Numbered from the whole stretch's first letter, positions 18,998 through 28,438 are shown. The stretch is 63,693 bases of DNA, filler included, from 4 parts of 4 records of this genome joined end to end with filler, not necessarily neighbours in it; one strand, 5' to 3'. A program made the numbers and translations. Notes: a model not told the origin generated them from the sequence alone.

Positions 18998-20905
18998 ATG
19001 CAAATTATGCAAATTAAATCTATATGGGTTCCAATCCTATTACTAGCCTTCTGCATTTCAGGCATAGCTCAGGAAAAACGGCCAAATATCCTTTGGCTAT
19101 CGGCTGAAGATATAAGTGCTCATTTTGGCTGCTATGGTGATAAGAACGCCAAAACCCCGACTATCGATAAACTCGCGAATGAAGGAGTTCTTTATAGTAA
19201 GGCATTTACTACAGCCGGAGTCTGTGCACCTTGTCGAAGTGGCATTATTACTGGGATGTATCAAACGACTTTGGGGACGCAGCATATGCGCTGCACCGCC
19301 ACTCTTCCTGACGAAGTCCGTCCATTTTCAAAGTACCTCAGAGAAGCCGGTTACTACTGCACCAATAATTCCAAACAAGATTATCAATTTAAAACACCTA
19401 AAGACTCCTGGGATGACAGTAGTAAAAAAGGTCACTGGCGCAATAGGCCGGATAAGAATCAACCCTTCTTTGCCATATTTAACTACACCGGATGCCACGA
19501 GTCCGGCATCTCCAAAACTGAAAAGTATGAAAAAGTCACTGAAGATTTATCCATTGAGAAAAGGCAAAATGCCGGACGCTTACAGATCCCTCCTTACTTC
19601 CCGGATACACCCACCGTTCGTGAAGACTGGAAACGAAACTATGAGTTGATTTCCGCCTACGATAAATGGTGTGCTGACCTTATTCAGCAATTAAAAGACG
19701 ACGGTCTCTATGAAAACACCATCATCATGGCCTGGTCAGATCATGGCGTCGGCTTGCCTCGTTCAAAGCGCTGGCTCTATAACTCAGGAACACACATTCC
19801 ACTAGTCGTCCGCATACCAGAAAAATATAAAAGCGTATCATCATTCAAACCAGGTTCCACAAATGACGAACTCATCAGTTCAATCGACCTTGGGCCAACA
19901 GTCCTAAACCTTGCTGGGGTTAAAGTTCCAAAACACATTCAGGGACGAGCTTTTCTTGGTGAAACTGTTAGCGCAAAAAGAAAGTATGTTCACGGCGCCA
20001 GAGACCGTATGGATGAGCGCTACGACATCATCCGTACTGTGCGCAACGAACGCTTTCTCTATATTCGCAACTACGAACCCTTAAAGACTTTCTACCAGTA
20101 CATGAACACTCCTGAAAAAGGCGCCACGATGAAGGAGCTCAGAACCTTACATGAAGCCGGGAAACTTCCTCCGGCAGCTGAGTACTACTTCAATCCCACT
20201 AAGCCTGTAGAAGAACTCTACGACTACATTTCCGATCCTCATAACATCAACAACCTCGCCGACAAATCACAATACAAAGAAGTACTTGCAGAGCTGCGCG
20301 CTGAGCATATCGACTGGGTTAAAAGGAGTAAAGACACTGGACTTATTCCGGAGCCTATCCTCAGGGAGAAAGCCAAAAAAGCTGGTAGTGAATATGAAGT
20401 ATTACGTCAAGATGGAGCCGATGAACTCACAGATCGCATCGCCACTGCAGCCATCAATGCCTCTGAAGGAATTAAAGCTTTAGGTGCACTTCTCAAAGCT
20501 GCTAAAGACAGTGACAGTGCGGTTCGCTACTGGGGTGCCACTGGCCTTGGAAATATTGGTCCTGAACTGGCCAACAACCCTCAAGTTATCAGTACATTCA
20601 ATACACTTCTAAAAGATCCGTCATCGACTGTCAGAACCGCTGCTGCTCGCGGTCTTTGCCGCCTGAACAAGCCAGAAAAAGCTCTTCCTGTCCTCATCAA
20701 TGAACTCACTAAAGGGGCTCAATGGGAAAGACTACATGCTGCCATCGCTCTCGATGAGATGGATGAAATGGCCAGGCCTGTAGCCGAGCAAATGAAAGAA
20801 GGCCTTAAGTACCAAAAAGGCTTTAACTCCGATGGCAAGTATAGAGTACGCGTGATAAACCGGGCGCTGAATGAACTCAACGGTACAAATAATACAGTAA
20901 ATTAA
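18998..20905 (+). CDS. S1 sulfatase with C-terminal HEAT repeats
   Basis: RPNILWLSAED, CAPCR, SDHG, RDRMDE; HEAT repeats DSDSAVRYWGATGLG, DPSSTVRTAAARGL. Confidence 0.92.
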   Translation: MQIMQIKSIWVPILLLAFCISGIAQEKRPNILWLSAEDISAHFGCYGDKNAKTPTIDKLANEGVLYSKAFTTAGVCAPCRSGIITGMYQTTLGTQHMRCTATLPDEVRPFSKYLREAGYYCTNNSKQDYQFKTPKDSWDDSSKKGHWRNRPDKNQPFFAIFNYTGCHESGISKTEKYEKVTEDLSIEKRQNAGRLQIPPYFPDTPTVREDWKRNYELISAYDKWCADLIQQLKDDGLYENTIIMAWSDHGVGLPRSKRWLYNSGTHIPLVVRIPEKYKSVSSFKPGSTNDELISSIDLGPTVLNLAGVKVPKHIQGRAFLGETVSAKRKYVHGARDRMDERYDIIRTVRNERFLYIRNYEPLKTFYQYMNTPEKGATMKELRTLHEAGKLPPAAEYYFNPTKPVEELYDYISDPHNINNLADKSQYKEVLAELRAEHIDWVKRSKDTGLIPEPILREKAKKAGSEYEVLRQDGADELTDRIATAAINASEGIKALGALLKAAKDSDSAVRYWGATGLGNIGPELANNPQVISTFNTLLKDPSSTVRTAAARGLCRLNKPEKALPVLINELTKGAQWERLHAAIALDEMDEMARPVAEQMKEGLKYQKGFNSDGKYRVRVINRALNELNGTNNTVN

Positions 20906-20920
20906 CCCAAGTCAAATCCA

Positions 20921-21010
20921 AGCCTCTGCCGGCTGCGGCAGCCGCCAGACAAGGTGAATAGCGACAGCTAGAGAAGGTAGCCTAGGCTAGGCACGGTCCC
21001 CGTGAGGCAT
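20921..21010 (+). repeat. Shorter relative of the 17422-17657 palindromic element
   Basis: Shares GCCGCC(A/G)GACAA(G/A)GTGA-hairpin-GAGA..GCCT core and a terminal AGGCAT; outer GCCTC/GAGGC IR. Confidence 0.6.
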
Positions 21011-21030
21011 ATTAAAGAACAGGGTCAAAC

Positions 21031-22089
21031 CTATCTCTCGAGGATCAGCATTGGTCCGCCACCAATCTTCAGTTCCTTAAAAAATTTCAGGGAACCATCC
21101 TTGTTGATGTGATGAATAAAAGTGGAAGCTTTGGATGAGCTATATAGGAACTTACCTGAGCGATCAACATTTATCTCTCTGGATCTATCGGCATCGTTGG
21201 CGTAAACTCCGACTCTTTTAAGAATCTTGCCTGTTTTAGGGTCCAGGCTAAAAACGGCGATGCTCCCCTGACTGCCGTCTTGATCACCTCTGTTGGACAT
21301 GAAAAGAAAACGACAATCCTTGGTCATTACAATTGTGGATGGGTTAGCAGACCAACCTTCTTTCGCTGATGAAAATTCCTGCCAGATTTTAACGCCTTTC
21401 TTGTCGTAGGTTAAAGAAGCAATTCCACCGCCTTTTTCATAGGTACAGTAAAGAACATTTTGCTGTGGGTGTTGAGCTAAGCTACGGAAATTTGCATAAC
21501 CTATTTTCTCTAAATTTGGGCCAGTGATAAAGGGTGGATCAAGAGGTGTTAACTTACCCGTTTTCTGATTGAACTTAAACTGATAAAAACGGTTATCCCA
21601 ATTGTGAGGGACAAAAACAAATTTGCCGTCATTTGAAAAGGTCACATCGTGTGGGTGGTCTGTAGTCGATACCAGATCAACTTGCTTACCAACAAATTGA
21701 TAATCCTTCATTGCCAATACCGATACTTTGTTTGCTCGGTAATTATACTGAACATAAAAACGGCCATCGGCAGAGAGCTTGCCGCTACCAGTCAATGAAC
21801 TCTTAGCAGAACCTTTAATCGCCAGCTTGCCTTTCTCTCCGACATAAAGAGTCACCAGTTCAGACTTGGAATAAGTATGAATATACCTTTCATTAGCTGA
21901 GAGGCTTAAACCACCCGCACCACTCTTCAATTTAAGCTTTTTAACCAGTTTTAACTGGCCATTCTTAGAGTTAATCGAGTATTGATCAATCGACTTCCCT
22001 TTTTTATTGGATAAGTACAAGTACTGCTCGGAATAAGCCGTCTGCACCATAAAAATAAGGATTATTAAGTACTGTATGAAACGCTTCAT
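21031..22089 (-). CDS. Secreted lactonase-family 7-bladed beta-propeller (Pgl-like)
   Basis: Signal peptide, HPHDV, FMSNRG, repeated propeller blades. Confidence 0.8.
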   Translation of the reverse strand: MKRFIQYLIILIFMVQTAYSEQYLYLSNKKGKSIDQYSINSKNGQLKLVKKLKLKSGAGGLSLSANERYIHTYSKSELVTLYVGEKGKLAIKGSAKSSLTGSGKLSADGRFYVQYNYRANKVSVLAMKDYQFVGKQVDLVSTTDHPHDVTFSNDGKFVFVPHNWDNRFYQFKFNQKTGKLTPLDPPFITGPNLEKIGYANFRSLAQHPQQNVLYCTYEKGGGIASLTYDKKGVKIWQEFSSAKEGWSANPSTIVMTKDCRFLFMSNRGDQDGSQGSIAVFSLDPKTGKILKRVGVYANDADRSREINVDRSGKFLYSSSKASTFIHHINKDGSLKFFKELKIGGGPMLILER

Positions 22090-22459
22090 GGATTTCTAAA
22101 ACCTTTTTTGATAAATTCTTATAGTCCCATACGCTCAAAGAGCTCAAATTCAGACAGCAACTATCAATTTAATTTTTATTAAACAGTCCATAATTTCATT
22201 GTTGAGATACTATTGGTGCCCAGAAATAATGATGTTTGTGAATACTACGAATAAATATTTTTGTACTAAGCCATAAATATATTTAACTTCTAGCATCCAC
22301 ATAACACGGTACCTGCCACTTTACTGTAAAAATATATCCAAACTTTTGAGACCTTTAAAAAGATGTAAATGCTTCATTATAAAGTTATTTTCAATTTCAC
22401 CATGGCGTATTTCGTAGCTTTATGTAAACTAAATCAATAAAAAAAGGCGCAAATTGCAT

Positions 22460-23296
22460 ATGTCACAAATAATACTTGGCTCTTTGATGGATCAAGCTTC
22501 AGAATTCATAGAAAAGGATTTCCCCCAATTTCTACAGAATATTATAGTTGCGCTGATTATTTTCATCGTAGGTAAGATTGTATCCATCTTACTCACAAAT
22601 ATTGCTGGCAAACTTATGCTCGCATCTAAAATGGAAGAAACAATTGTTAACTTTCTAAAAGCGCTCATCAACATAGGTTTGATGATAGTCGTTGCTTTAG
22701 CGTCACTAGAACAACTGGGCATAAAAACTACTTCTTTTGTAGCGATCCTTGCTGCAGCAGGTTTAGCCGTAGGTATGGCCTTAAAAGACACACTGGGGAA
22801 CTTCGCTTCAGGTGTTATGATTATCATGTTTAAGCCCTATAAAGTCGGCCACTTTGTAGAAATCGCAGGAACTGCTGGTGTAATTGAAGAAGTCAATCTG
22901 TTTAACACTGTTTTAAGAACTGGCGATAATATACAAATGTATTTACCAAACGGCTCTGTTACTGGCAGTAAAATCTGTAATTATTCAATTAAAGAAGAGC
23001 GCAGAATCGACCTCGTTATAGGGTGTGGCTATAATGATGACCTTAAAGCTGTTAAAAAAACTATACTTGAAGTCATCACGACTCATGAAAATGTCTTAAA
23101 AGACCCAGAACCAGTAGTAGCCGTTGCGGAATTAGGCGATAGTTCTGTTAATTTTGTAGTGCGCCCCTGGGTCAAAAACGCCGATTATTGGCCGGTTAGA
23201 TTTGAGCTAATCGAAAACATAAAAATTGCCTTTGATAAAGAAGGCTTCAGTATACCTTATCCACAGCAAGACGTTCATATGTACAATGAAAAATAA
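22460..23296 (+). CDS. mscS: Small-conductance mechanosensitive channel
   Basis: AAAGLAVGMALKDTLGNFASG, RRIDLVIG, DSSVNF, IPYPQQDV. Confidence 0.95.
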   Translation: MSQIILGSLMDQASEFIEKDFPQFLQNIIVALIIFIVGKIVSILLTNIAGKLMLASKMEETIVNFLKALINIGLMIVVALASLEQLGIKTTSFVAILAAAGLAVGMALKDTLGNFASGVMIIMFKPYKVGHFVEIAGTAGVIEEVNLFNTVLRTGDNIQMYLPNGSVTGSKICNYSIKEERRIDLVIGCGYNDDLKAVKKTILEVITTHENVLKDPEPVVAVAELGDSSVNFVVRPWVKNADYWPVRFELIENIKIAFDKEGFSIPYPQQDVHMYNEK

Positions 23297-23324
23297 TTTA
23301 TTTAATACAAACAATAAGGATATT

Positions 23325-24284
23325 ATGAAATATCTCTTTTTCTTTATTCTCTGTTTCTCACTCGTAGCAGATGAAGTCAAAATGAAGGATGGCTCTCTAC
23401 TTAAAGGAACCATCACAAAAATCCATAAAGGTAAGATCACCTTAAATACTGCATATGCAGGGACAATCAGTATCCTTCAAGATCATGTTGATTCTTACTC
23501 AACGGATAAAGAAGTAAATACAAAAAATGCTCAAGAACAAATTGTTCAGGAAGTTGTAACCCCTGAAAAAAACAAGGACATACTTACACTTTGGTCAGAT
23601 GGCCATGACCCAGATGTATTCCAAGAAAAATGGGTTCGTAAAGTTTGGTTCTCATTTAAAAGTTCAGAAGGCAACTCTGAAGAAAGAAATATTAATATCG
23701 GCTTCGACTTTTCTTACCTTAAAGAATTGAGCACATTAAAACTTTACGGTAGATGGTCAGATGAGGAAGATAATGATCGTCAAACGACCGATGAGTGGGT
23801 TTTGGGTGCTGACTATGAAAGAAGAATAGCAAATAGCAAAAGCTCTTGGTATGCTAGAGCAGAATATGAAAGAGATAAAATTGATGATATCAAATTAGCT
23901 CAAACCTATGCTGCTGGTTATGGTTACTACTTCATTGATGAAGGCCCAACAACGCTCAGGGGTCGAGTTGGTTTACAGTACCGTATGGATGATTACTATG
24001 ATGACGAAGATACAGACTCTGTAGGTCTTGACTTTGGCTTAAACTTTAAAACTGATATTACTGAAACAGTTAAGTGGTACACAGACATTACTTACACTCC
24101 TTCATTTGAGGACTACGCAAATGACTATAAAATCAAACACCAATCAGGTATCGCCATGCCTTTAGCTGCAGCGTGGGATATGTACTTGAAAGCCGGTGTC
24201 GAGCATGACTACAACAGCATGCCCTCTGAAGGTAATGAACACCTAGATACTGAATACTTCTTAAGATTGGAAGTCGTATTCTAG
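23325..24284 (+). CDS. DUF481 outer-membrane beta-barrel protein
   Basis: Signal peptide, ADEVKMKDGS.LKG N-domain, GNSE, GYGYYF, terminal aromatic residue. Confidence 0.8.
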   Translation: MKYLFFFILCFSLVADEVKMKDGSLLKGTITKIHKGKITLNTAYAGTISILQDHVDSYSTDKEVNTKNAQEQIVQEVVTPEKNKDILTLWSDGHDPDVFQEKWVRKVWFSFKSSEGNSEERNINIGFDFSYLKELSTLKLYGRWSDEEDNDRQTTDEWVLGADYERRIANSKSSWYARAEYERDKIDDIKLAQTYAAGYGYYFIDEGPTTLRGRVGLQYRMDDYYDDEDTDSVGLDFGLNFKTDITETVKWYTDITYTPSFEDYANDYKIKHQSGIAMPLAAAWDMYLKAGVEHDYNSMPSEGNEHLDTEYFLRLEVVF

Positions 24285-24392
24285 AAGTTTTAATGAACAA
24301 TAGGAGCTATGTACCTAGTCCTTTATTATATCAAAGAAAAAAGCCCATAATGAAGAGTCATTATCTCTATTGACTGCAAGATGATATTCTCT

Positions 24393-25394
24393 TCAAGGTT
24401 TTAACTTAAAATACTCATTCAGTAATTCCCTTGAGTCTTTTATAGATGGGTAGAAATAAATAAAGGGAGGGGGCTTTTCAGAATTCAAAATAGTCTTAAG
24501 AGTATCTTGGCTAGAGATAGTCTCATTAAATTCACCTACGTGCGGGCCATTGGATTTACCCAGAAGACCTAGCCAACGTTTATCAGTTTTCTCAATATAG
24601 GTATTGAAGTAAGCGTATAATTGCCATTCTGAAAATCCTAACCTGATTTTACTTTGCAACTCTTCTAGACCTATTACTTCTTTAGACGTTTCATGAGAGA
24701 ACGAAAGGTTGCGAAATCCACTTCCTCGATGAAAATATTGTTGGTGTTCACTTAGGAATAGATGCCATTTATTAACTATGGCCTCTTGCCAGGGAAGGTG
24801 ATGGATCTTTTCTACATACCTTTTTAGTCGTCTTAATGTTTTTTGACTCCAAATAACGCAAGCATCTATGGCCGCTAGTTCCGAAGTTTCTTGAAGGTCA
24901 AGTAGAGTGTTGGTTGACCAAGTCATTGCATAATGCCAATCAAGATAGTTTTGAGGTTCAGATGTAGGAGTATTTACAGCCTGGTACTCTTTACAGAGAA
25001 TCGGCTTTTCATGTCGTGATCGCATGTAGTAAATAGGACAATTAGCCCTAAAAAATAAATCTTCTTCAATATTTCTGATGGCAATTGTATCAACGTCTGT
25101 AAATAAGAAAAGTTCGCTTAGGTTATGTGTCTTCCTTAGTTGATCAACTGAAAGCTTAAGAAGTTGTTGGTAGATCCATTTATTACTACAAATTTTAGAG
25201 CTTAGGATCTTTGACTCGGGGATAAAGATAATGTGTGATGAGCTCTTAAAATCCTCTATAAGTTCTAAGATTGCAGAAGTCTCTGCATAGATATAAAAAC
25301 TTCTGTCGATTAGTGGATTGTATTTACGAGTAGACTCTATGTGAAACTTTAAACTTTCTCCATCATGTGGTCCGATAAGAGCAACTTGATCCAT
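24393..25394 (-). CDS. Glycosyltransferase-like protein (DUF6492-like)
   Basis: WIYQQLLKL, DVD (DxD) motif, FSEWQLY. Confidence 0.6.
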   Translation of the reverse strand: MDQVALIGPHDGESLKFHIESTRKYNPLIDRSFYIYAETSAILELIEDFKSSSHIIFIPESKILSSKICSNKWIYQQLLKLSVDQLRKTHNLSELFLFTDVDTIAIRNIEEDLFFRANCPIYYMRSRHEKPILCKEYQAVNTPTSEPQNYLDWHYAMTWSTNTLLDLQETSELAAIDACVIWSQKTLRRLKRYVEKIHHLPWQEAIVNKWHLFLSEHQQYFHRGSGFRNLSFSHETSKEVIGLEELQSKIRLGFSEWQLYAYFNTYIEKTDKRWLGLLGKSNGPHVGEFNETISSQDTLKTILNSEKPPPFIYFYPSIKDSRELLNEYFKLKP

Positions 25395-25969
25395 TATTTT
25401 TTAAACCTACCTGGTTTAATAACTTCAAGATCTATAATAGTGGCTTTGATGACATTATTGAAAGATTTAATAGCATGCTGTAAATCACCTTGGCTTATTT
25501 CTCCTTTTTGCCGCATTACGGCCCAATGATCATCTAAGCTGAAGGTAGTTTTGGTGATTTCGAAATCAACATCAAGAAATATTCCTAAAAGTGAGTTTGG
25601 TGCATTATTGTCTATCCAGTGCTGATTGAGCTTTTGACTAAATAAGCCAAAGCTTTCAGGAGTAACTGCTCTGACATGGGTGGGGTCATGTAGAAAAGTA
25701 TCGTGTCGTGGATGAGGAACTTCGATGAATATTTTGGCACCATTTTCGCAAACTCTATATATTTCTTGAACTATGTTCAGATAAGTTTCTGTATCTTTAC
25801 CCAAGTGCTCGAGTACATGTTGTAGAATTATCTCAGAAACACTGTTATTTTCCCATGGCCAAGGGAATATTTCAAGGTCTGTATTAAGTTCCGGCTCACC
25901 ATATTTATCGACATTTAAATAGCCTTTGCGGAAATCGCTGCCACAACCTAAATTTAGTTTTAGTCCCAT
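25394..25969 (-). CDS. Class I SAM-dependent methyltransferase
   Basis: KLNLGCG, QHVLEHL, EIYRVC, DPTHVR; RBS GGGAG before ATG 25969; stop overlaps next start. Confidence 0.85.
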   Translation of the reverse strand: MGLKLNLGCGSDFRKGYLNVDKYGEPELNTDLEIFPWPWENNSVSEIILQHVLEHLGKDTETYLNIVQEIYRVCENGAKIFIEVPHPRHDTFLHDPTHVRAVTPESFGLFSQKLNQHWIDNNAPNSLLGIFLDVDFEITKTTFSLDDHWAVMRQKGEISQGDLQHAIKSFNNVIKATIIDLEVIKPGRFKK

Positions 25970-26249
25970 ACTTACTCCCACATTTTAATTTATAGAATCG
26001 AAAGTTTTATGCCAGTTGCTTTCCTTTTAGTCTGTCTCCTGGAATTAGGAAAAAGCTTAGGCCTTTCTTGATAAACCTTTGAGTATTTCAATGACTAATG
26101 TGTGTAAAATATAATCCAATTTATCCCACGGTTCTCCCTGAACTTTTCGACTTTCCTCAGCCTGTGTTATTCTTCCCATAATGAGCCCGTCCCCATCAGA
26201 TTTAAACTTTTCGTCCTGAGAGCGCTGGCGTCCACGCCGGCATTAGACT

Positions 26250-26349
26250 NNNNNNNNNNNNNNNNNNNNNNNNNNNNNNNNNNNNNNNNNNNNTTAATTA
26301 ATTAANNNNNNNNNNNNNNNNNNNNNNNNNNNNNNNNNNNNNNNNNNNN
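26250..26349. other. Artificial contig linker (N44-TTAATTAATTAA-N44)
   Basis: Ns with a six-frame stop cassette; identical 100-nt linkers recur. Confidence 0.99.
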
Positions 26350-26440
26350 AAAAGACTAAGGAAATCAACGATTGATTTCAAAGTGTGAAAGTAATGTGTA
26401 AGTAGTTAATACAATTAAATCAATGACTTACAAAAGAAAA

Positions 26441-26456
26441 ACTACTCCCACTCAAT
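26441..26456. repeat. att core, distal copy of the guaA 3' end
   Basis: ACTACTCCCACTCAAT identical to 28580-28595. Confidence 0.9.
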
Positions 26457-26582
26457 AGTTTCAAGCTTGTAAGGCATTGTTTTATAACACTTTTAATTTA
26501 TGTTTCGAAGTAGTTTCTAAGTTTTTTCTATTTTTCTTAGATTTATTCTAATGCTGCAACTGTTGAAGAGCAACAGAAATGC

Positions 26583-26609
26583 TCAATTTGAGTTAGAAAG
26601 TTTATAAGT
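26583..26609. repeat. Inner 27-bp direct repeat, copy 1
   Basis: TCAATTTGAGTTAGAAAGTTTATAAGT, 1 mismatch to 28516-28542. Confidence 0.85.
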
Positions 26610-26851
26610 ATTTTTTTAAGTAAAATACCATGTATAACATTAGAAATTGCGTCTTTTACTTCTTTTTTTTACGACTAATTTTTTGTGTGATTACTATCGT
26701 CTTATAAGCAATTTCTTCCACTTCTTTACTTACAAAAACTGCTTTAACATCAAGTATTTCTGCTAATTTAGAAATGATATTAATAATATCATAATAATAA
26801 TTTTAGTTAAATAATTTTTAATATGTTTTTATAAATTTTCTTTATACCAAC

Positions 26852-27076
26852 TTATTGTTTAACAAGCGCACAAGAATACATCCTTTTATTCTTAGCAACT
26901 TTTTCACATTGTTTTTTACCTGCTCTATAACAATTCACAACCTTACCATCACTATTGTTAACCATACACCAAAGAGACTTAGAATTGGACACGTACTGAA
27001 TTTTAGAATTTGCTAGAGTAAAGGAAGTGATTGTTAAAAAAATACAGAATATTAAAAACTTGTAAAAATTTTTCAT
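26852..27076 (-). CDS. Small secreted cationic protein with 4 Cys in the mature part
   Basis: Signal MKNFYKFLIFCIFLTITSFTLA; WC-x11-C-x7-C-x11-C spacing reminiscent of DUF3551; RBS GAGG. Confidence 0.7.
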   Translation of the reverse strand: MKNFYKFLIFCIFLTITSFTLANSKIQYVSNSKSLWCMVNNSDGKVVNCYRAGKKQCEKVAKNKRMYSCALVKQ

Positions 27077-27121
27077 AATTTTAAACCTCATCATAATATG
27101 TTTAATAAAAGTTACTACAAT

Positions 27122-27460
27122 TTAACAAGAAGTCCCGCCTGCTCGTTTTCCAGTAGCAATGGCATTTTTGAAAGAAAGAATTGCAATTTCAAACGTATCC
27201 CATATACGAAAATTTGGTCTACTTTTCATAATACCAAGTGCATATCTCATATTTTCCATTCCTGTATCATATTGAGCTTTAACCTGATATACGTCTACTG
27301 TTTGGTTTTTGGGAACAGAATAATAACAATTAATTACCATTTTACTCATTTTGTTAGCTCTTTCTGCGGCTTTTAAATTTTTAGCTTCAATTGTATTTGC
27401 ATTTGCATTTACATTAAAAGCTAAAATAAATAAAATTAAAATACTTTTTAACTTTTTCAT
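27122..27460 (-). CDS. Small secreted protein (2 Cys)
   Basis: Signal peptide ending ANA, RBS AGGAG, C-terminal Cys. Confidence 0.75.
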   Translation of the reverse strand: MKKLKSILILFILAFNVNANANTIEAKNLKAAERANKMSKMVINCYYSVPKNQTVDVYQVKAQYDTGMENMRYALGIMKSRPNFRIWDTFEIAILSFKNAIATGKRAGGTSC

Positions 27461-27560
27461 ACTAAACTCCTAAAATATTAAATTTCAAAAATTACTTTGT
27501 TGTCAATATCTTGTTTTTTTAACTACATCATATTATTAGTAATAGAGTTCCTAACTTAAA

Positions 27561-27905
27561 TCACTGAAAACATCCTCCACCCATATGAGTAGCGAAAGTT
27601 GTTCTACCGCCATCATTAGTGTAAAGATCAAAAGCTCCACATGTTACAGGTCCTTTTGCTGTATCAAAAGTTGAAACGCATCTTTCTAAATAATATTTGT
27701 CGTATCCCCATTTAGTACCTAACCACCTAACTGAAGTCATTGATACTTGCATATAAGAGGCAATAGATTGTATATCATTTGCTCCATAGTTATTTACTTT
27801 TTGGCAATTAGTTTGATTATAAGTCACTTTTAAAGTTTTGGCATAGACCGGTGAAAATCCTAAAAAAATTAAAATCATTAAAGTAAATTGAATATATTTT
27901 CTCAT
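27561..27905 (-). CDS. Small secreted protein (4 Cys)
   Basis: Signal peptide ending VYA; four Cys in the mature part. Confidence 0.75.
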   Translation of the reverse strand: MRKYIQFTLMILIFLGFSPVYAKTLKVTYNQTNCQKVNNYGANDIQSIASYMQVSMTSVRWLGTKWGYDKYYLERCVSTFDTAKGPVTCGAFDLYTNDGGRTTFATHMGGGCFQ

Positions 27906-27943
27906 GTTAGACTTAACATAGATTTTATTTTATTATAAAGCAA

Positions 27944-28438
27944 TTAACATGCGTCAACAACCTTACCCTTATCAGTTATACAATGGCTCTTCCCCCATTT
28001 TAAACCATTATTAACCCAAAACATAAAAGAAAAATCTGTAGCATTCCCTCTTTTGATAAAGGTCATTTCTCTCGTATTTTCACAAGCTTTTTTACCTGTT
28101 GTACAATCAAACATGCTTTGACTATTTAAATAATATTGAACACTGAAATATCTGCCATTCAATAGCTTACTTATATTAAACGTACAGAGATTTTTATTTG
28201 TCGGAGGTGGTATATTATAATATTCAGAAAAATTATTTAATCCAGTAAAAGCTAGATCCAAAAAGTCTTTCCTAACGTAACCTTCACAAAGGTAATATTT
28301 AGTCTTACCCTTAATTTTAAATGGTGTAGCGGTTGGGTTAGGAACAAATGCATAACCTTCTTTTAACTCTGCAAACGCAGAAAAAGACAATAATGTAATT
28401 AAGATAAATTTATATAACACTGACAACAAATACTTCAT
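27944..28438 (-). CDS. Secreted protein (6 Cys)
   Basis: Signal peptide ending AFA; six Cys, the last being the C-terminal residue. Confidence 0.75.
   Translation of the reverse strand: MKYLLSVLYKFILITLLSFSAFAELKEGYAFVPNPTATPFKIKGKTKYYLCEGYVRKDFLDLAFTGLNNFSEYYNIPPPTNKNLCTFNISKLLNGRYFSVQYYLNSQSMFDCTTGKKACENTREMTFIKRGNATDFSFMFWVNNGLKWGKSHCITDKGKVVDAC

Noticed and set aside
12028-20483. Many short overlapping or antisense ORFs within the sulfatase and GH genes
   Set aside because: Shadow frames of well-supported CDSs, with no motifs or RBS
26078-26249. 40-aa minus-strand ORF and REP-like hairpin GCTGGCG-TCCA-CGCCGGC at the contig end
   Set aside because: No recognisable similarity, single copy, truncated context
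26294-26305. Repeated palindrome TTAATTAATTAA
   Set aside because: Synthetic six-frame stop inside N linkers; ORF-track ends at 37737 and 57500 are artefacts of it
27098-27376. Plus-strand 92-aa ORF in the island
   Set aside because: Antisense shadow of 27122-27460, which has an RBS and a signal peptide
26852-28438. Classical integron cassette array
   Set aside because: No attC-like GTTRRRY/RYYYAAC hairpins seen between the genes and no intI
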